Assembly: GCA_036172245.1 (NCBI GenBank)
Contig: JAYWIR010000055.1
Span: 372,001-436,000 of the forward strand
DNA from: Raillietiella orientalis
Lineage: Eukaryota
DNA length: 64,000 nt
Direction of reading: 5' to 3'
Below are positions 24,801 to 39,399 of the stretch, piece by piece. The notes under the pieces were generated by a model. The model saw only the letters and a program-made list of their open reading frames with translations, did not search any database and was not told the DNA's origin. A program made the position numbers and the translations under genes. Position 1 is the stretch's first letter, and the number at the start of each line of letters is the position of its first letter.

Positions 24801-26430
24801 GGTAGGTAGGAGGGAGGGTCAGCCCTGGATTAACGACAAGTGCGGCCTCCAGGACATCGAGTAGTCCTTCGGGGTTCTCTCTCTCCGGCCATGCGAATGG
24901 ACCCGTCCCGTGGAGCTGGTCGGTTGACACCGCTCCCTCCTTCCCGGGAGGTTGCCTCCCGAGCGTTGGGCGCTTCCTTAGAGGAGCGCCTTACAGAGAA
25001 AAAATCGGGAAGTTTTCCTTCGGGGTTCTCTTCAGAGGAGGAGGAGGAAACGGGAAGCAGTTTCCACTCCCCTCCTGAGACAACCAGGGAGTTGGGTTCT
25101 CCTCCCAAGGGCTAGAGAGGAACGACTCTGCCAGGCACCCGGTGAAAGGCCGGCACCGTCCGTGCGTGCGACGGGCGGGGGTGACCACGCTCCCGTGGAA
25201 TGGAGGCCACTACCGTTCCCAGACACCGTGACGGAACGAGGCACGTGAATCTCCCCCACCCCGCCCACACGGGGGTCTCCTCCGTCATCGTCCAATCAGC
25301 AAGAGGTCCGGGAAGCCTCCACCTCGCCCGCGTTTCCTGCGCGAGCAAGGTCTCCGCATAATTCGAGCCATCCTGGCACTTATCATTCAGGCCATCGGGA
25401 ATCCAAGACGCTCCTGTTGAAATTTTATGCCCGTCACCATTCAGCAGAGCTGACGTGAGAGCGAGGCAGCAGGAGATCGAGGCTGCTTGGATACGCCCAC
25501 TCGTCCCTTTATCGCCAGGGCAAAGCACGCCGTTAAATTCCAGGATGCCGCCCATTTCCTTGGAACCATCTACATGGAATCCCGGCAGTAAAGATGAGAA
25601 CATCCAAGGAAGATAAGAAGGGAACAGTGCCGTCGCCCCTGCCTCTGCGAGGCAGTCCGTTCCTCCCTGCGGTCTCTCCGGATGGGGGTCATGCGGAGCT
25701 GCGCTGCCGCCGGCGTCCTCCCTTCGCAGCCGGGCCTCTGTGGCCCCTGCAAGAAAACGCGCTGGGGGTCGAGTCCCTCCCACGGCGAAGGGAACGTGGG
25801 CGGAAGAGCAGGACTCCCTCCGTTCACGACAAGTGCGGAAGAATAGGCCAAGTCGGGTGCCGATCTACCCGTACAGCGCGCGAGGCCCTCCCTTTAGAAG
25901 CCCGGAGGCGGGAGGAGAAGCATTGAGGCTTCTCCGTTCCGGGCGCGTGACGCGCCGAGGCCAGGGGGCGGCGGGTTGGGGCGTGCGTTCCGGCGAGGGG
26001 TGGAGCCGCTTCCGGGCAGGACGCCGGTTGAGCCGAGGCGGCGGGAAAACCTTCTTGAGCGGGACCACGATCTTTGCATCTCGGATCACTTTGCCCCCGG
26101 GAGTTCGTGCTGCCCGCGACACGCCCTCTCTCCCGGAAGAGCCCGTTCCGGCCGCTCTTGCTGATTCGGGTCTCTTAACGGGGACAAAAGTGTCTTTGCC
26201 GCCGAGAGTGACCTCCTCCCGCTGGTGATTGCGCTGGCTGGTGCCCGTTGCACTGGTGAAGATGAGGGCGCCTTCGGTCTCCAGGAGACGAAGTCCGCTT
26301 TCGCCCGCCGGCTTGAGGGCGCTCCCAATCACCGGACCGGCTGCGGACGCGGACGCGAGCTCGCGCCAGAGGGCATCCGGGAGAGACGGATGGATGCAGA
26401 GCTGCGACACACGCCAGCGGAACTGCATGG
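21850..26430 (-). mobile_element. Stack of decayed L1/Tx1-like 5' fragments (ORF1 and endonuclease pieces)
   Basis: A related ~130-bp ORF1-like segment occurs twice (22107-22240 and 23929-24060). APE-like SETSK...SRGRGGG (~23.1 kb) and MGGILEFNGVLCPGD (~25.5 kb) are present, and 24780-25120 is similar to the dispersed repeat at 43.1-44.0 kb and 58.1-58.4 kb. Confidence 0.45.
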
Positions 26431-26499
26431 CGATAGCCCCTGGGGGAGGCGGGCAACTGAGGGATCTTTAGGAGGGTTCCCAGGGTCGTCCGGTCGGCG

Positions 26500-27950
26500 G
26501 CTCCTCCGCCGCATTTGCGCTATCGCTCGGGGAGGGCAGTGATCGGGTCGGCAGCGTTTTGTCTCTCACGACCCCTTCTCCGTCGTCTTCGCTCTCCACG
26601 GCGCGGTGCCCGTTCGTGGCTGCCAAACCTGTGACGGAAGAGATGGGTCCTCCCCTCCCTGCCAAGCCACGTAGTCTGGCAGCCTCTCCCCCTCTCTGTT
26701 TCTCGGGGGGACCCTCCTTCCTGCGGCGAGCGTGTCGGCTCAGGCCGTCCACCAGAATGCGCGTGCGCCAACCTCCCCGCCCGCGAGTCGCGTTTGGCGG
26801 ATGGGGCCAGGACAGCACCTTCTTTCGACTTCCCGCCTGGGAACAGGGAGCATTCTCTCCGTGTCTGCCTGTTCCGGAAACCTCGTTGTCGTTGGCGCAT
26901 TGCCCTGAGGCTCCCCGCCCAAGAAAGCGCTCGGTCGGAAGGTCAGAGAGAAAGTTGGGTCCCTCCCTCCTCAGCAGAGTGGGCGGCTCTTTTCTCCCAA
27001 GGTCCATGGTCACATCGCTACGCCCCGAAGGGAGCGGGTTCCTGGGAAGGGCTCTCCCCCCTTCCCTTCCTCGCATTATGCTCCGGGTGGGAGTCTCTCT
27101 CAGGAGAGGAATCTCTCCGGGGGACGACCCTTGAGAACTTAATCCTGGCTTTCTTACCCTTTGGGCGCGCTGGGGTCCGCGTCCAGAGGTGCCGGCTGCA
27201 CACCGGGGCAGTTCGCCCACCGTCTCTTCGGCTCCTCCTCGCAGGCACGGAGTCGTCTCGAGGCGTCGGGCGCAGCGTTTACGGGGAGGTTGCGGGTTTC
27301 ATCCGCAAGGAGACCACCGGCCCACTTGGCCACGGATGCAGCTGTGGCTGGCGACCTGGCTCCTTGTCATCCCTCAAGGAACCGTCAGCTCCCCCTCCGC
27401 AGGCAAAGATCTTCTCCTCTCCGCGCTCTACTCCACTGCGCCCGGTCTTTCACTGCCCATCCCGACCGGTGTTTGCGATGCTGCGGGCTTGCGAGACCTC
27501 TGAGAACCAGAGGTTCTTGAGACTGCTGCTGAAGATTCCTCTGCCCTCCGTGGCCCCTAGCCGCTCGTTTCCCAGACGGATCCCACCCACTTCATTGGTC
27601 GCGGGATGTCCAAGCCTTCGAAGGCACCGTGACCTCTTCCTTTCCGACTCCGGCCGGTTTGGAGCACGGGAGCGCGTGGCCAAAGAGTTGTGCGCGGAAA
27701 TGCGCGCGCGCAATTGGTTGTGGGGACAACCGGGAATGGAGGACAGCATCGACCACATGTTCCTCCACCGCGACCTGTGCTCACGGATTGGTAAACTAGG
27801 GAGAGTGGGGTCGACCCTGCCCGATCATTCCAGGCTTGAATTCGAGGTCTGTTCCCTTACGAACAAGGGACCTCCATTCAAGGCACGGCGTCTCTCCCGG
27901 TTGACTAGCTGAACCTCCGAGAAGCAGAGGAGCATCTCCGCAAATCCCTG
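26500..27950 (+). mobile_element. Decayed L1/Tx1-like 3' fragment
   Basis: LPRSMVTSLRPEG (post-RT motif-like) and EDSIDHMFLH (degenerate zf-RVT) in plus-strand frames. Confidence 0.4.
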
Positions 27951-28324
27951 AGAGGATTCGCCCTTCGGAATCTCGTGGACTTCTGAAACGCCCGGTCCGT
28001 GAGTTCTGCGAGTAGCTTCCCCGGGCCATCTGCCTGCCGGATTTGGGGAGGGAATCCGGCGTTTCCAAAGGGACGCGCCCACGAAGCTCCGAAATCCAAG
28101 TGCGGCGTTGAGCGCCAGGCCCCCATCCCTTCGCAGTGCTCACCTTTCGCCTCCTCACCCCCTCCCCGACCTTTCATCGGACCCGCTTCACAGTCAGGAA
28201 CCTCTTTCAACCGCTTGGACCCCACAACTCTAGTCGACCTGAAGGCGTGGCAAGGAGAAAGCTGCTCGAGGCTGGCGGCGACTCCACCACAACGCAAAGC
28301 ATGGGCTGTCTGCAATACGATCTC

Positions 28325-28440
28325 CGCCTCCTCCTCCTTTAATTCCTTCCTTGGCCTCTTCTCTTCCTCCTCCTCCTCGCTTCCTCTTCCCTTCCTTCTT
28401 TTCTTGTCCTCCTCCTTTCCACCTCCTTTTCCTCCTCCTC
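28325..28440. repeat. Pyrimidine-rich (TCC/CTT) low-complexity tract
   Basis: Seen directly; it abuts the 3' end of the decayed element at 28470-33560. Confidence 0.85.
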
Positions 28441-28469
28441 ACATCCCTACTGTCACAATGCTTAGCACT

Positions 28470-31400
28470 CCCTTTAGAGTCCCCGTTTGAAATGCTTGAA
28501 AAGAGCTCTGGTCTGTCTCTGTCCACACTCCACTCCTAGCGTCCATCTGCGCAGTCCAGAGATACATTCTGGAGTCTTAAGCTCGGGATCCTTGCACGTT
28601 AAGTCTGCTTCCTTGCACTTCCAGCACAGGCCTGCTTCCCGGGATGAGGGATCGCAGGGTACAGGAAGTGCCTGGACCCTCAGGAGCGCGATCGCGGCTA
28701 AAGTGGACCGTCCACGAGTGTCCAAAGACTGGAACTGGTTTCGGCCCTTCGTGGGGTGGTTGTCTCTCCTAGTTGCGTGTCCCATCCTAGCCGCATTTGT
28801 TCAGAGGGTCCTTCCCCTTCCAGCGGTGGGTCCTGAGCAGCCCAGGAGCAAGGAAGAGCATGCGGGAGGAAAAGTTAAGGAAGAGGACGAGCACCGTGAT
28901 AGCGCGGAGGGGAAACGGGATGCGTTTCTTGGGAACAGCTGGAAGCAAAGATAGGCGCGTCTGCCTCTGCGAGGGCCCGCGGGACCGATCGGAGGCCCGA
29001 GAACCGAGGAGGGCCAACTGAAACGCAAGGGCTGTGCGCGACGCGAAACCACCGCCAGCCGCCAGTCCACCAGGTAGGACAGGAGGCGAAGAATGGCCAC
29101 TTGTGGATCAGGACTGCCGACGACGGGAGACGACGGTGTGTGGGATTGGGATCGCTCCGGGTGCTTCCCGACACTACCGGGAGCTGTGGGCAGACTTGTC
29201 CGCGAGCATCCTCCAGGGGCGAAGAGCTATGGCTGCCTGTGGTATCGATGGGTCGGACGGATAGTCAGTCCGTCCTGGAAGGTTAGGACAGACGGGAACA
29301 CCAAGGAGGTAGGCAATGGCCAACCATGGAGACGAGGAGGCTCCAACTGTAAACATCGTTCGCTCCAGATCGGCCTACGCTTGAGGACGCGCGTCGCCAC
29401 GTACGCGAGCACAAAGCGCGGGGCGGGCTCCAGCGGGTGGCGAATGGTGGGCACGGGTGCGTCAGTGGAGTCCGGTTGCCTCAGACCGGCCAGAACCCGG
29501 GATGCGACTCGGTAAGTCGGAGGCCGGACCCGGTGCTCCATAACGAAGTCATCGCCTCGGGTGCTGCCTGCCCTCGGGCGCTCCGCGGCAGCGAAGGAAA
29601 ACGGGCTGGGCGGGAATAGCCGCTTCCGCCGCCTCTTCCCAGAGTGTCGGCCCCTCCGCGAGCTCCGGGGCACCCGGAAGCGAGGAGAGGCGGACCCTCT
29701 CAGGAAGGCGAACTCGACTCGTCCATGCCGAAGTCGGAGGGAACTCGGAGGCGGGAGTGAAGGCGAAAGGCGGTTTGCAGCCACTTCCCTCAGGGTAGAT
29801 GGCGCTTGCGAAGTCCACCCGGTGGAGGGAGAGCCTCATCCTCGTGGCTGCGGGTTCGAGCTGACCCCAGCCCCTGTATTAGACCCTGGAACGGGCAATA
29901 AAACCGGCTTGCCGAAGGGGGGAAGGGGCGAGGCTCGGACCGACTGGTGCCCCGCCCGGTTTGGCGAGCGGCGGCGCGGGCTGCCATGGATAGACGGCGG
30001 CGACGGCAACCACGGGAGTCCTCCTCCAAGGAGCTCCCTGTGGCGCCCGGCACCCACCCTCCCTCTGGAACAGGATCGTTCCTGCCTTCTGGCGCCCCGT
30101 CGAAGGATTAGGGTGGGGGGGTGAGCGGGCTCGCCGATTACCGACGGAAGGGGATCCCGGCGCCTGCCGTCCCAGAGCGTTTGCTCCAGTTGCTGCCGTT
30201 TCAGGACCCCGGTCCAGAATGAAGGAGGGAAACCTCGGGTTTCCTCAATCCTTCCCCTTCAGCTACCGCGCCAGTGTGTCGTCATCTTGCCACCTCAGGG
30301 GGACCTCGAGGAATGGCTCCCTGCCTCCTTGAGGAAGACGCGCTCCTGCGGCACGGAGGGAACCCCTCCGAGCGCGAGCCCTTCGGTAAGGTTGCTCCGA
30401 CACAGCACCCCCTGCCGGAGACCTCCCTGCACCTGTGCGAGCAAAGGTCATCCTCAAGATGGAGGAAGGAACTGGACGTCATCCCAGGGAGCCATTCCCG
30501 AACCAGGGTGACCAGTCTCAGACGTGGCGGCGCCCCCTCCCCCCTGATGCGCTCGCCCATCGGGTCCATCGCACCGGCGTTTCTCCGTGCCTCCCTCATC
30601 TCTGGGTCGTCTCCGTGGAGATTCGGAGAAATGTACACTGCACTGCAGACCGGTGCTTCCGGAGGTTCGTCCCACCCCCTCTCGACCCGGAATCGGCGGA
30701 ACAGGATGGACGGTGACCGGAGTTCCCTCGATTCTGGTCTGCCACAACCGGAAGCTCCGAGGACCGAAGGTTCCATCCAGGATGACCTCGTGGGCCGCCT
30801 CGGAAAGGCAGCACCAAGAGTCACTGGAGACCACTTAGTCGATCCCCGTGGGGGCGCCTCCCTAGCGCTGACCTGACCTGATCTGACCCTTCCGCAGCGG
30901 GTCACCTCTCCTCTCAAAAGGAGCAGCCCAGAGATATTGCGAGGAGCCGGGAAGGGAGTAAAGTGGATGCTGGGGTGTCCAGAGAGACCCTCGGGCAGCT
31001 GGAAATTCTTAGGGAAAAGCCGGGCGTTCGTAGGGGGTGGAGTGGGGCGGCGGCACTCTCCGGTGGATGGGCAGAAGCGACGGCGTCGAACGCACGTGCG
31101 GGAGGTGCGCCACCTGGTGAGCTCCTGGACGCCGTGCCCCAAGACCTCCCTCCCCCCTACTATTCCAGGACGAGTATGTCGGCGAGGCCAAGGGGATGAC
31201 TGCGGAGGGCCGATGGGAGCCGCGAGGCGAAGAGAAGGACCCCTGTGGGCCGTGACCTGCCCTTCCAAGGACTCAGCCGACGGCGAGGGCAAGCGCTGCT
31301 GTCTGGCCGCGCGCAGCTCCTCCAGGGGAGCGCCTCCCCCCGCATAGGGCCCCTCGGTGCGCGGGACCCCGAGTCCATGGCCTATGAGATCCCGAGTTAC

Positions 31401-33560
31401 CTCAGGGTGGAGTTCCCGAGATGCAAAATGGTCGCTGGAGGCGCCCGATTAGTCCGCCTGACCCCTCAGGAGCCTCGGCCGAGTCGCTTTCTAGAATCCT
31501 CCAGCCTTGCCGCCCCACAAGATGGCGCCGAAAGATCTGATGGGTGAAACCCGCCCTCTGGCAATGTACAAATCCTCCACCCCCGGGATCGATCGCACTC
31601 GAGCACAGTGGCAACCCGAATCTTCCCGAGGGATCCACCGTGAGCGCCAGAGACCCTCGTGCATAAGGCAGGGGCGGGGGATTTCCTCTTCCGCCCCTAC
31701 CTGACATTCCCAGGAATTGGCTCGTTCCCCTAGGAGAACCTCCCTACCCCCCGGTACTCAAGCGGAACGTCCCGCGCAGTCCGAGGCCCGGGAGCACGCG
31801 GTCCTGTGGCAGCGCGGGCTCCCGCGTGGTGGCGACCAGCCGGGAGCGCGCGTTGTCCCCGGCAACCCGATTAGCAGAGGAGGGCCTCCTTCCGCGGTCA
31901 CACGCGGTGCGCGCTCGCGCCTCGGGCGAGGGTTTCGTGCCTTCCCACGCCCTCGCGGGTCCTTGGGCCGACCCATGCCGCCACGACCCACGGGCCGCGC
32001 GCTTGAGAGTGATCGCTCCCCTAACCGGGATCGGGCAGCGGCCTCGTTGCCAGGCAACGGACGCTGGAGGCGGGGGTGCACGAGAGGAGTCGGTGCGGGT
32101 CCGTCCTCCTGGTTTCCCCGCTTTGAGGGCACCCCGGGGCCGACATTCCTCGCCGAAGTAGGCAAAGAGAGGGGGTGCTTCCCTCCCTCCCCCCCTCCGA
32201 CCACCCTCCGTGACTTCCCTGATCCTCCCCCCTCCTACTACTCTTGGAAGACTCGCTCCCCGAGCCAGGCGTGGGTCTGCGTGACTTCCAGGGGGACTCA
32301 CCCCACACTGCCGTCTGACCCCTAGGAGATCCCCTCCCCGGCATTGCCGATGCACCCCGTAAACAGGGGTCTCCTCGGGGCGTCCCCCTCTTCCAGCCTC
32401 TGCCTGCCGGCTTCGCGCGGACGCGTTCCCATCCGTGCGCGGGCCTGGCATGTCCTTGAGATCCCAGCACCAACCGTTGCCTGGGAGACGGGAGGCGCCT
32501 TCTTGGCCGACGCAGCCACCCGGGAGCCGCGCGCGCGTTCACGCCCCTCGTCGAGACCGGGTCATTGGGAAGGGGGGGACAGGGAGCGGCAGAAGGCATC
32601 CAGGAACGCCGTTCCCCCCGCGCCGTGGACGTCGTGGTGGTGGCCCGAAGCGGAGCGCGCTCTCGCCGTCCTTCTAGGAGCCCGGAGGTAGGTCCTCTGG
32701 AGCCCTTGGAGAAAGGGGAGGAGGCAGGAGACGATGTCCCTCCTCCGGGGCAGCCTCCTTTCGGGTGACTCTCGCGCGGGGAGAACCTGCGGACGTCTCC
32801 CCTCCGGAAGGGTCCTAGAAACCCGGCGCTTCGGGACAAGGGAGAAGGGGGCAAGGGCGCAGGGTGATCTCGCGCGCCCTAGGGCGATGCTACCCCCTGA
32901 CAGCGGAGCGTCGCGCTGGTGGGTCTCCCTCCGGAGAGGGCAAGCAAGGTTGCTGGAATGCGCTTTCCGTGACACACTCCCCCCCCCCCCTTTTTAGGAG
33001 GCAGCGGGTAAGGGGAGCAGGATGGTGCCGTGGGCAGCGTCACTTTCCTGCGGCCTCGAGATGCCCCGGGTGACGAGGCATCCGCAAGAGCGACTGCAGC
33101 CTGTCATGTGAGGGGGTCCCGTCCAGGGATGCCCGCCGGGGCGAATGTGAGGAGGAATCACTCTTGGGCTTTCGTGATCGGTGGGCTCGGAGCTCCGGAT
33201 GGAAGGCAGCTGCGTAGGACGTCTCTCCTACGAATAAATCGCATGTTTTCCAGTTGGGTTAGCGGGAGGTTGATCCGTCTTGCTAGGCAGGTCGGCTGGG
33301 TCAGCTTTTCAGGCGATGCAATGAAGATGCGTCTCTCAGCGACGACGTTGCCCGCCTTCCGTAGCATCAGCAGTCCCGCAGACGCGCCACGGACCACCAA
33401 GCATGTGGACGCGCTCCTCTGAGGCGGGGGTTGGGGGGCGGTAGCGGAAGAGTGGACAAACGCCTCGACTCGCGAAGAGGGATGCGTTCTGGCACCATCT
33501 GAGCGGACAGGCCGGAAAGCCGCAAGTACTGGACACATTAACTTGTGCAGTGCTCCCACG
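28470..33560 (-). mobile_element. Highly decayed L1/Tx1-like non-LTR retrotransposon
   Basis: Degenerate motifs occur in the expected order on the minus strand: ORF1-like segment (~33.1-33.5 kb), APE-like GVLLFASR and TGID*VVSSDSW...HEVILDG (~30.8-31.2 kb), RT-like GRVEFAFL / LFPPSPFSFAAAERP / RGDDFV (29.5-29.75 kb), YLLGVPV (~29.3 kb), zf-like LPV...LCWKCKE (~28.6 kb). Many stops and frameshifts. Confidence 0.5.
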
Positions 33561-36340
33561 TGTGTTCACACCCGCAAGAAATCTTCCCGTTTGCCATCTA
33601 TCGAAACTAAAAGGTCGACGCTCCCCGCTAGGACGTTTGGTTCCTCCTTTCGCTCCCGCATCCCGCATTTTCGTCCCTCTTTCTTAACTATGTATGAATC
33701 CAGGAAGGCTTCTGGGGGGTCTTACGCTTGGGAGGAAACCCCGAAGGGAACTGTACATGAATTTTTATGTAGCGCAACCGCGAGCACTACATATGGTCAG
33801 TATTTACTGTTGCAATTCACGCCTTCAAACGCCATGCTTTCCTATCGTTACCTTGCTGATGGTCGCTGTCGCTCAAACTGGGAGTTCTTGAAAGTTCTCC
33901 TTTGCCGTGGACTTTGAAGATTTCTTGCTTGTCTGCGTTGACCACGGTCCGCTCCGTTCCTGTTTTCCTTTCCACGTCCAAACTCGGGATTCTGACCGCC
34001 GAGCTCCGAGTGGGCCCAATGCAAAACGCCAGGAACGCAAGTGGAAACCCAGCGGCCAAGCAGTAGCGGAACGCGACTTCCTGTGCGAATCCCAGGGAAA
34101 CCGAAGACCCTACGAAGGAAAGAATCCCGAAGATTCCACCGCCAGGTCACACGTCTTGCTCTAGGACGAGTCATGTGGAGAAAAGGACGGGGGAATCCAT
34201 GGATACGGAGGTTTTCCGAGCTCATCATCGACCGGTGGCTTCTGCAAATGCTAAGAATGGTTCTGCCTCTATACTTCTTAGCGAGTGCTCTGATTCAAAA
34301 AATGAGCAAAAGAGAAATCCCTGATGGTCACAGAAAGGAACATGTCGGTCTTTCGGCTGATGAACGCGTTTTGTTTTCTCGAGGGATTTCCTTTTCCTTT
34401 CATGTGAAATGGCAGGCTTTAGCTATGAATTTGCAGGAAACACTCTGGAGAAACGTCACGCCAAGCAAAGAAGCAGAGGCTGCGGCACTTTTAGCAGAGA
34501 GCAGGCCTACTTGGTGATTCAGAATTGGAATTTTGATACAGTTTCACGCAGATGAGGGGGGCCGTGGGCTTGTGGAAATGGTTTACACCCCATGCACACG
34601 TCTGAATCAGGCATGCCGCTTTCCAGTACTGCAAAGTCTTTGGGGCCGTCCATCCAGCCTATCCAACTGCTTAATTAATAGATGTCTTTATGAATTTCTT
34701 TGCACGAATTTCAAAATCACATTCTTTCCGAGTATTTCCTCGAGATTGTTGCAATCATGACAGGCGGACAACTGCTGAAGATGTGTTTGTTTCCTCGGAA
34801 TGGTTTCAATTAGGCACGTGAATGCAACGTATTTTCCCGATGGTAAAATAGAAGCATGGAGGTGTCCTCGCTGCATTCCTCGGCGGCGTATACAGCATTT
34901 TCAAAATCGCGTGAACCGACACGTGGATCGGGTTTCGTGCTTTCTCGTCCTGTTTCGCTCCACTTTATTCTTCTTGTTGTTTCTGATAGCGGTAGCGATC
35001 CCGCCTTCCTTCCCGGGCTTGCTGCCCACACCTACGGGAAGGGAGGTGTTGGTGGGCAGGAGAAGCAGGAGGAAAACGGACCGGGCAGCGGCATCCCCGT
35101 GTCTGCGGGAGGCTGTGGGAGGACGTTTTCCAGAATCCGTCCCGAGGCGAGGGGCATCCTGCGCCGGGGATTCGCGCTCGAATGGATGCAGTCGTCACGC
35201 TTTAAGATATGCTTGCTGCTGTCTGAAGTGAACGTGAATTGAGGTGTGGTTTCGTCAGCTGTGCCTTTACCATGTCGACCGGTGCAATCTTCTATGTCTG
35301 ATGCCAATTCGTTTAGCATTTGAAAATTCAACCGTATTATTCGTAACAGACGAGTATCAAAACGTTGTGCCACAGAGCAGGTGAGATAAAGATGATGCTG
35401 GAGATAATATTCCAGCCGCGCGGCGTACGTGTCGTGAACACTGCAGAGAGAGCATCCTTGCGAAATTGGAATTTCGGTGCTGTGGTGATACAAATGATAC
35501 AAATGTGCTGAATCAATTGCAGATTAAGTAATGGTCGCGAAACTCGGTGATCCTTGTAAAAACAAAAACAAACAAACAAAAAAAAAGCCAAAAGGAAAAA
35601 ACAATTGCAAAAGTAAAAATAAAGGCAATCTGAAAGAGGCATGTGCATTGAAAAGCTTGATTGGTTCAACGGTTGTGTTTGCCATTTGAATTTTTGTTTT
35701 TTTTTTTTTTTTACCGCAAATGATTTCGGAAAAACATTCTGAAACCGAATAAGAATTCTTGGCGCAGTAAATGAGAATCCGCCGAATGGTCAAACGTGGT
35801 GTGTGTTTGTAAACATGCAAAGATTTTTGAGTGGTTTCATCCATATGTAAGTGAACAAACTGAGTGCAGTGAAATCACCAATTTCAAAAGCCGTTCTGAC
35901 ATCGATCTTGAAATCCAAATGTAAGAAGTGAATTTAAAAAAAAGACAGAGAGAGAGAGAGAGAGAGAGAAACTCTAATTATTTTGCTGGTAAATGTGAGC
36001 TTAGTTGTAGTTGCTTCAGACAAGTGTAGAATAAATTGGAAGAATGCATGCTGCCGAAATTCGTGGATATATTCGATTCTTGCCAGGAAAAATTTGCATG
36101 CAGGCGCATCACTGTTTTTGCTTAACCGTTTCATTTATATTCCGTAAACACCTGTAGTTAAAGTGTAAGATTGTACTGAGGGGATATTAAGATAGTAATG
36201 TATTGCAATTCATTGTAGTCTAAGGCACAATTGCATGACAGATCATAGCACATACATCAGTTTCAATAGTGTTTATCTTCACATGTGTCTTTGTAAAATT
36301 TTGTTCCCACTGCTTCAATTTGGAATTGTAATTTGAGTAA

Positions 36341-37118
<778 letters not shown>

Positions 37119-38710
37119 ATGGGAAACCTCATAACTTTCTTGTTCCCATGATTATCTGTGCCTAATGAACTTACCTGACTGGTACGATAGTTCACCCAAA
37201 AGTGCATTTTTATACCATTGTGTATGACAGAACTCTATTAAAAGAATACATAGCCTTTGTTCGTTTGCTCTTAAACTTGGTTGCATATGGTTGGCAAAAA
37301 GTAGGCATTGCTTCCCTGATTTACTCGGTAGAATTCCTTTGTGCTACCCACCAGACGAACCTGTTTCCTTGTCAGTTGTTAATGACACTTAACTTTCTTA
37401 TTGGGGGAAGGGTCGTTTCATTAACTGATTACCATTTCAAGAACAACAGACTTCACTGACAGGTTTCCGTTTTGTGACAGATCTCAAGTCGTGTTATTGT
37501 TTGCAGTGTATGTCCCTAAACAAGAGACTGTATCCGTAATGAAAATATAACAAGAAACTTCATCATTGAGCCAAACTGTCTCATTCCTTATGAGTCCTAC
37601 TTCAACTCATTTAGATGGCCGAAGAAGTTGCTCGGGAATAGCGTGTTTCGAAAAGCTCTCTCCTCCCTCTCGTGTGGAATCTGCATCTAGAAATTCGCAC
37701 CGTAGAGTTTGCGCACGAGTAGATACGCCGTCGGATCTTGCAGTTCCTGCAGACTCTGTTCTTTACGGCCACCATCCTCCTGCAGTTGATGTTTCCGAGT
37801 AATGTGTGACGTCATAACGGATGTTCCGAAGTGCTGCCTGTGTTTGTCGAAAAGGTCTTAGCCTTGAGCGCCGTGGTCATGTGAAATTCGGTTTTACTCC
37901 TTTCTTCGTATACGTGACGTTATTTGGTTATCTTCGAAACGCACCAATCCCCCTTTTTTTTTCTTTAATTCCCCTCCCATCCCCCCCTTCCCTTCCCCCC
38001 CCCCCCTTCGATTTGTGAGAGTGCCCTCCTTATGCTTTGCTCATCTCAGTCGCGTTCGCAGATGTAACTTCTTTTTTCCCTTTTTCGCCATCGGGGTTTG
38101 TTTTGTTTGCATGCACATTAGCTATCGCGACATTGCATCAGTATGAATAAATTGGAACTTCAGCGTGAGTTCACCTTAAAAAGCCCTGCTGGAATCGACA
38201 GCTGCAGTTGTGAAAGTGCTCTCTCGCTCCCTTTTTTTAATGTACTCGCGGCTAGATGCCTTGTTTTCATGTACATCGGAATCCTTTTTTTGCTGACCGG
38301 GGCAAACATTGCTTATCATGGGAAATACATTTCATCTCCCCCCCCCCCCCCAAAAAAAAAAAGAAAAAAAGAAAAAAGCATGAACGGCATAGCCTTGAAC
38401 TTTTAACACACTTCAGATTATCAATGTGTGCTCTGCTCGGGAACGCGCCCGCGTCGTCGAAGTTTTATGGCAACCGATTTCACGTGCCTCGCAGACCGCT
38501 GAATGGGGGAGGCGGAGAGAGAGGTGCGAGGAGTGTTCCTTTCGGCGGAGAGCCGAAGCGAAATTTCCTTTTGGCATAGAGGACCGTGACTGACGTTTCG
38601 TTGAGGCCGAGCCGCGGGAGGGTCGCATTCACGTGAACCCCGCGGGTGTGAAAGAATGTCGTCCTCGGGGAAGTCGAGCGCCGACGTTTGCATCGGACCG
38701 CGTCTTCGAC

Positions 38711-38774
38711 CGAAAACGTAAAGTGCCACCCCCCCCCCCGTGGCGGGGGGGGGGGTGGCACTTTACGTTCTTCG
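38711..38774. repeat. Perfect inverted repeat (26-bp stem, 3-nt loop)
   Basis: 38715-38740 (AACGTAAAGTGCCA-C11-G) is the exact reverse complement of 38744-38769. Loop TGG; the stem extends 4 bp further past one bulged C. Confidence 0.95.
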
Positions 38775-39399
38775 CACAGCTCGATCGACCTTTCACCGCC
38801 CGTTCGTCCTTGGATCCGGTCGGTGTTTCCGATGAAGGTTTATCCCCCCTTATTTCCTCTTCTTCTGGTGCGCCAATAGGAAGTGTTCCGCTCAGGTCGG
38901 AGTGGTCTGCTCCCGCGCCAAAGTGCCTCCGGGACGCCTGTCGGGATGGGGGAGCACCTCCTCCCCGTTCCGGGCGGAGAGCTCAAGACGAGGAAGAGAT
39001 GGCGGCGGCGGAGCACCAGGCGCGCGCCTCGGGAAGCTGAGGAGCGCTCGCGCGCAGGCATACTTGCGGCGGTGTCGCGCTCCCCGGTGGGACCGCAAGT
39101 GGCGAAGAATCTCCCGGACGAGAAGATGGAGAGATTTATGGAGTCTGCGAAAACAGTTTGAGAGTGCAGCGGTGAAGTTCGTTGCGACGCATCGGTCCGT
39201 GCAGATGCACAGTGCACACGCACGAGGCACGGTCTCCAGAGCATTGCCAGCAGCGGCTAATCAATGTGATGCACGCAAACTGTCCCCCCACCCCCCGCGC
39301 GCGTTGTCAGTCGGGCCACTCCAGCCTTGAAGGGGGGGGGGAACGTTGAAAGCAGCAGCCATTGGCCAGGACAAGCCCTCAGGTATGACTGCCCGTCCT

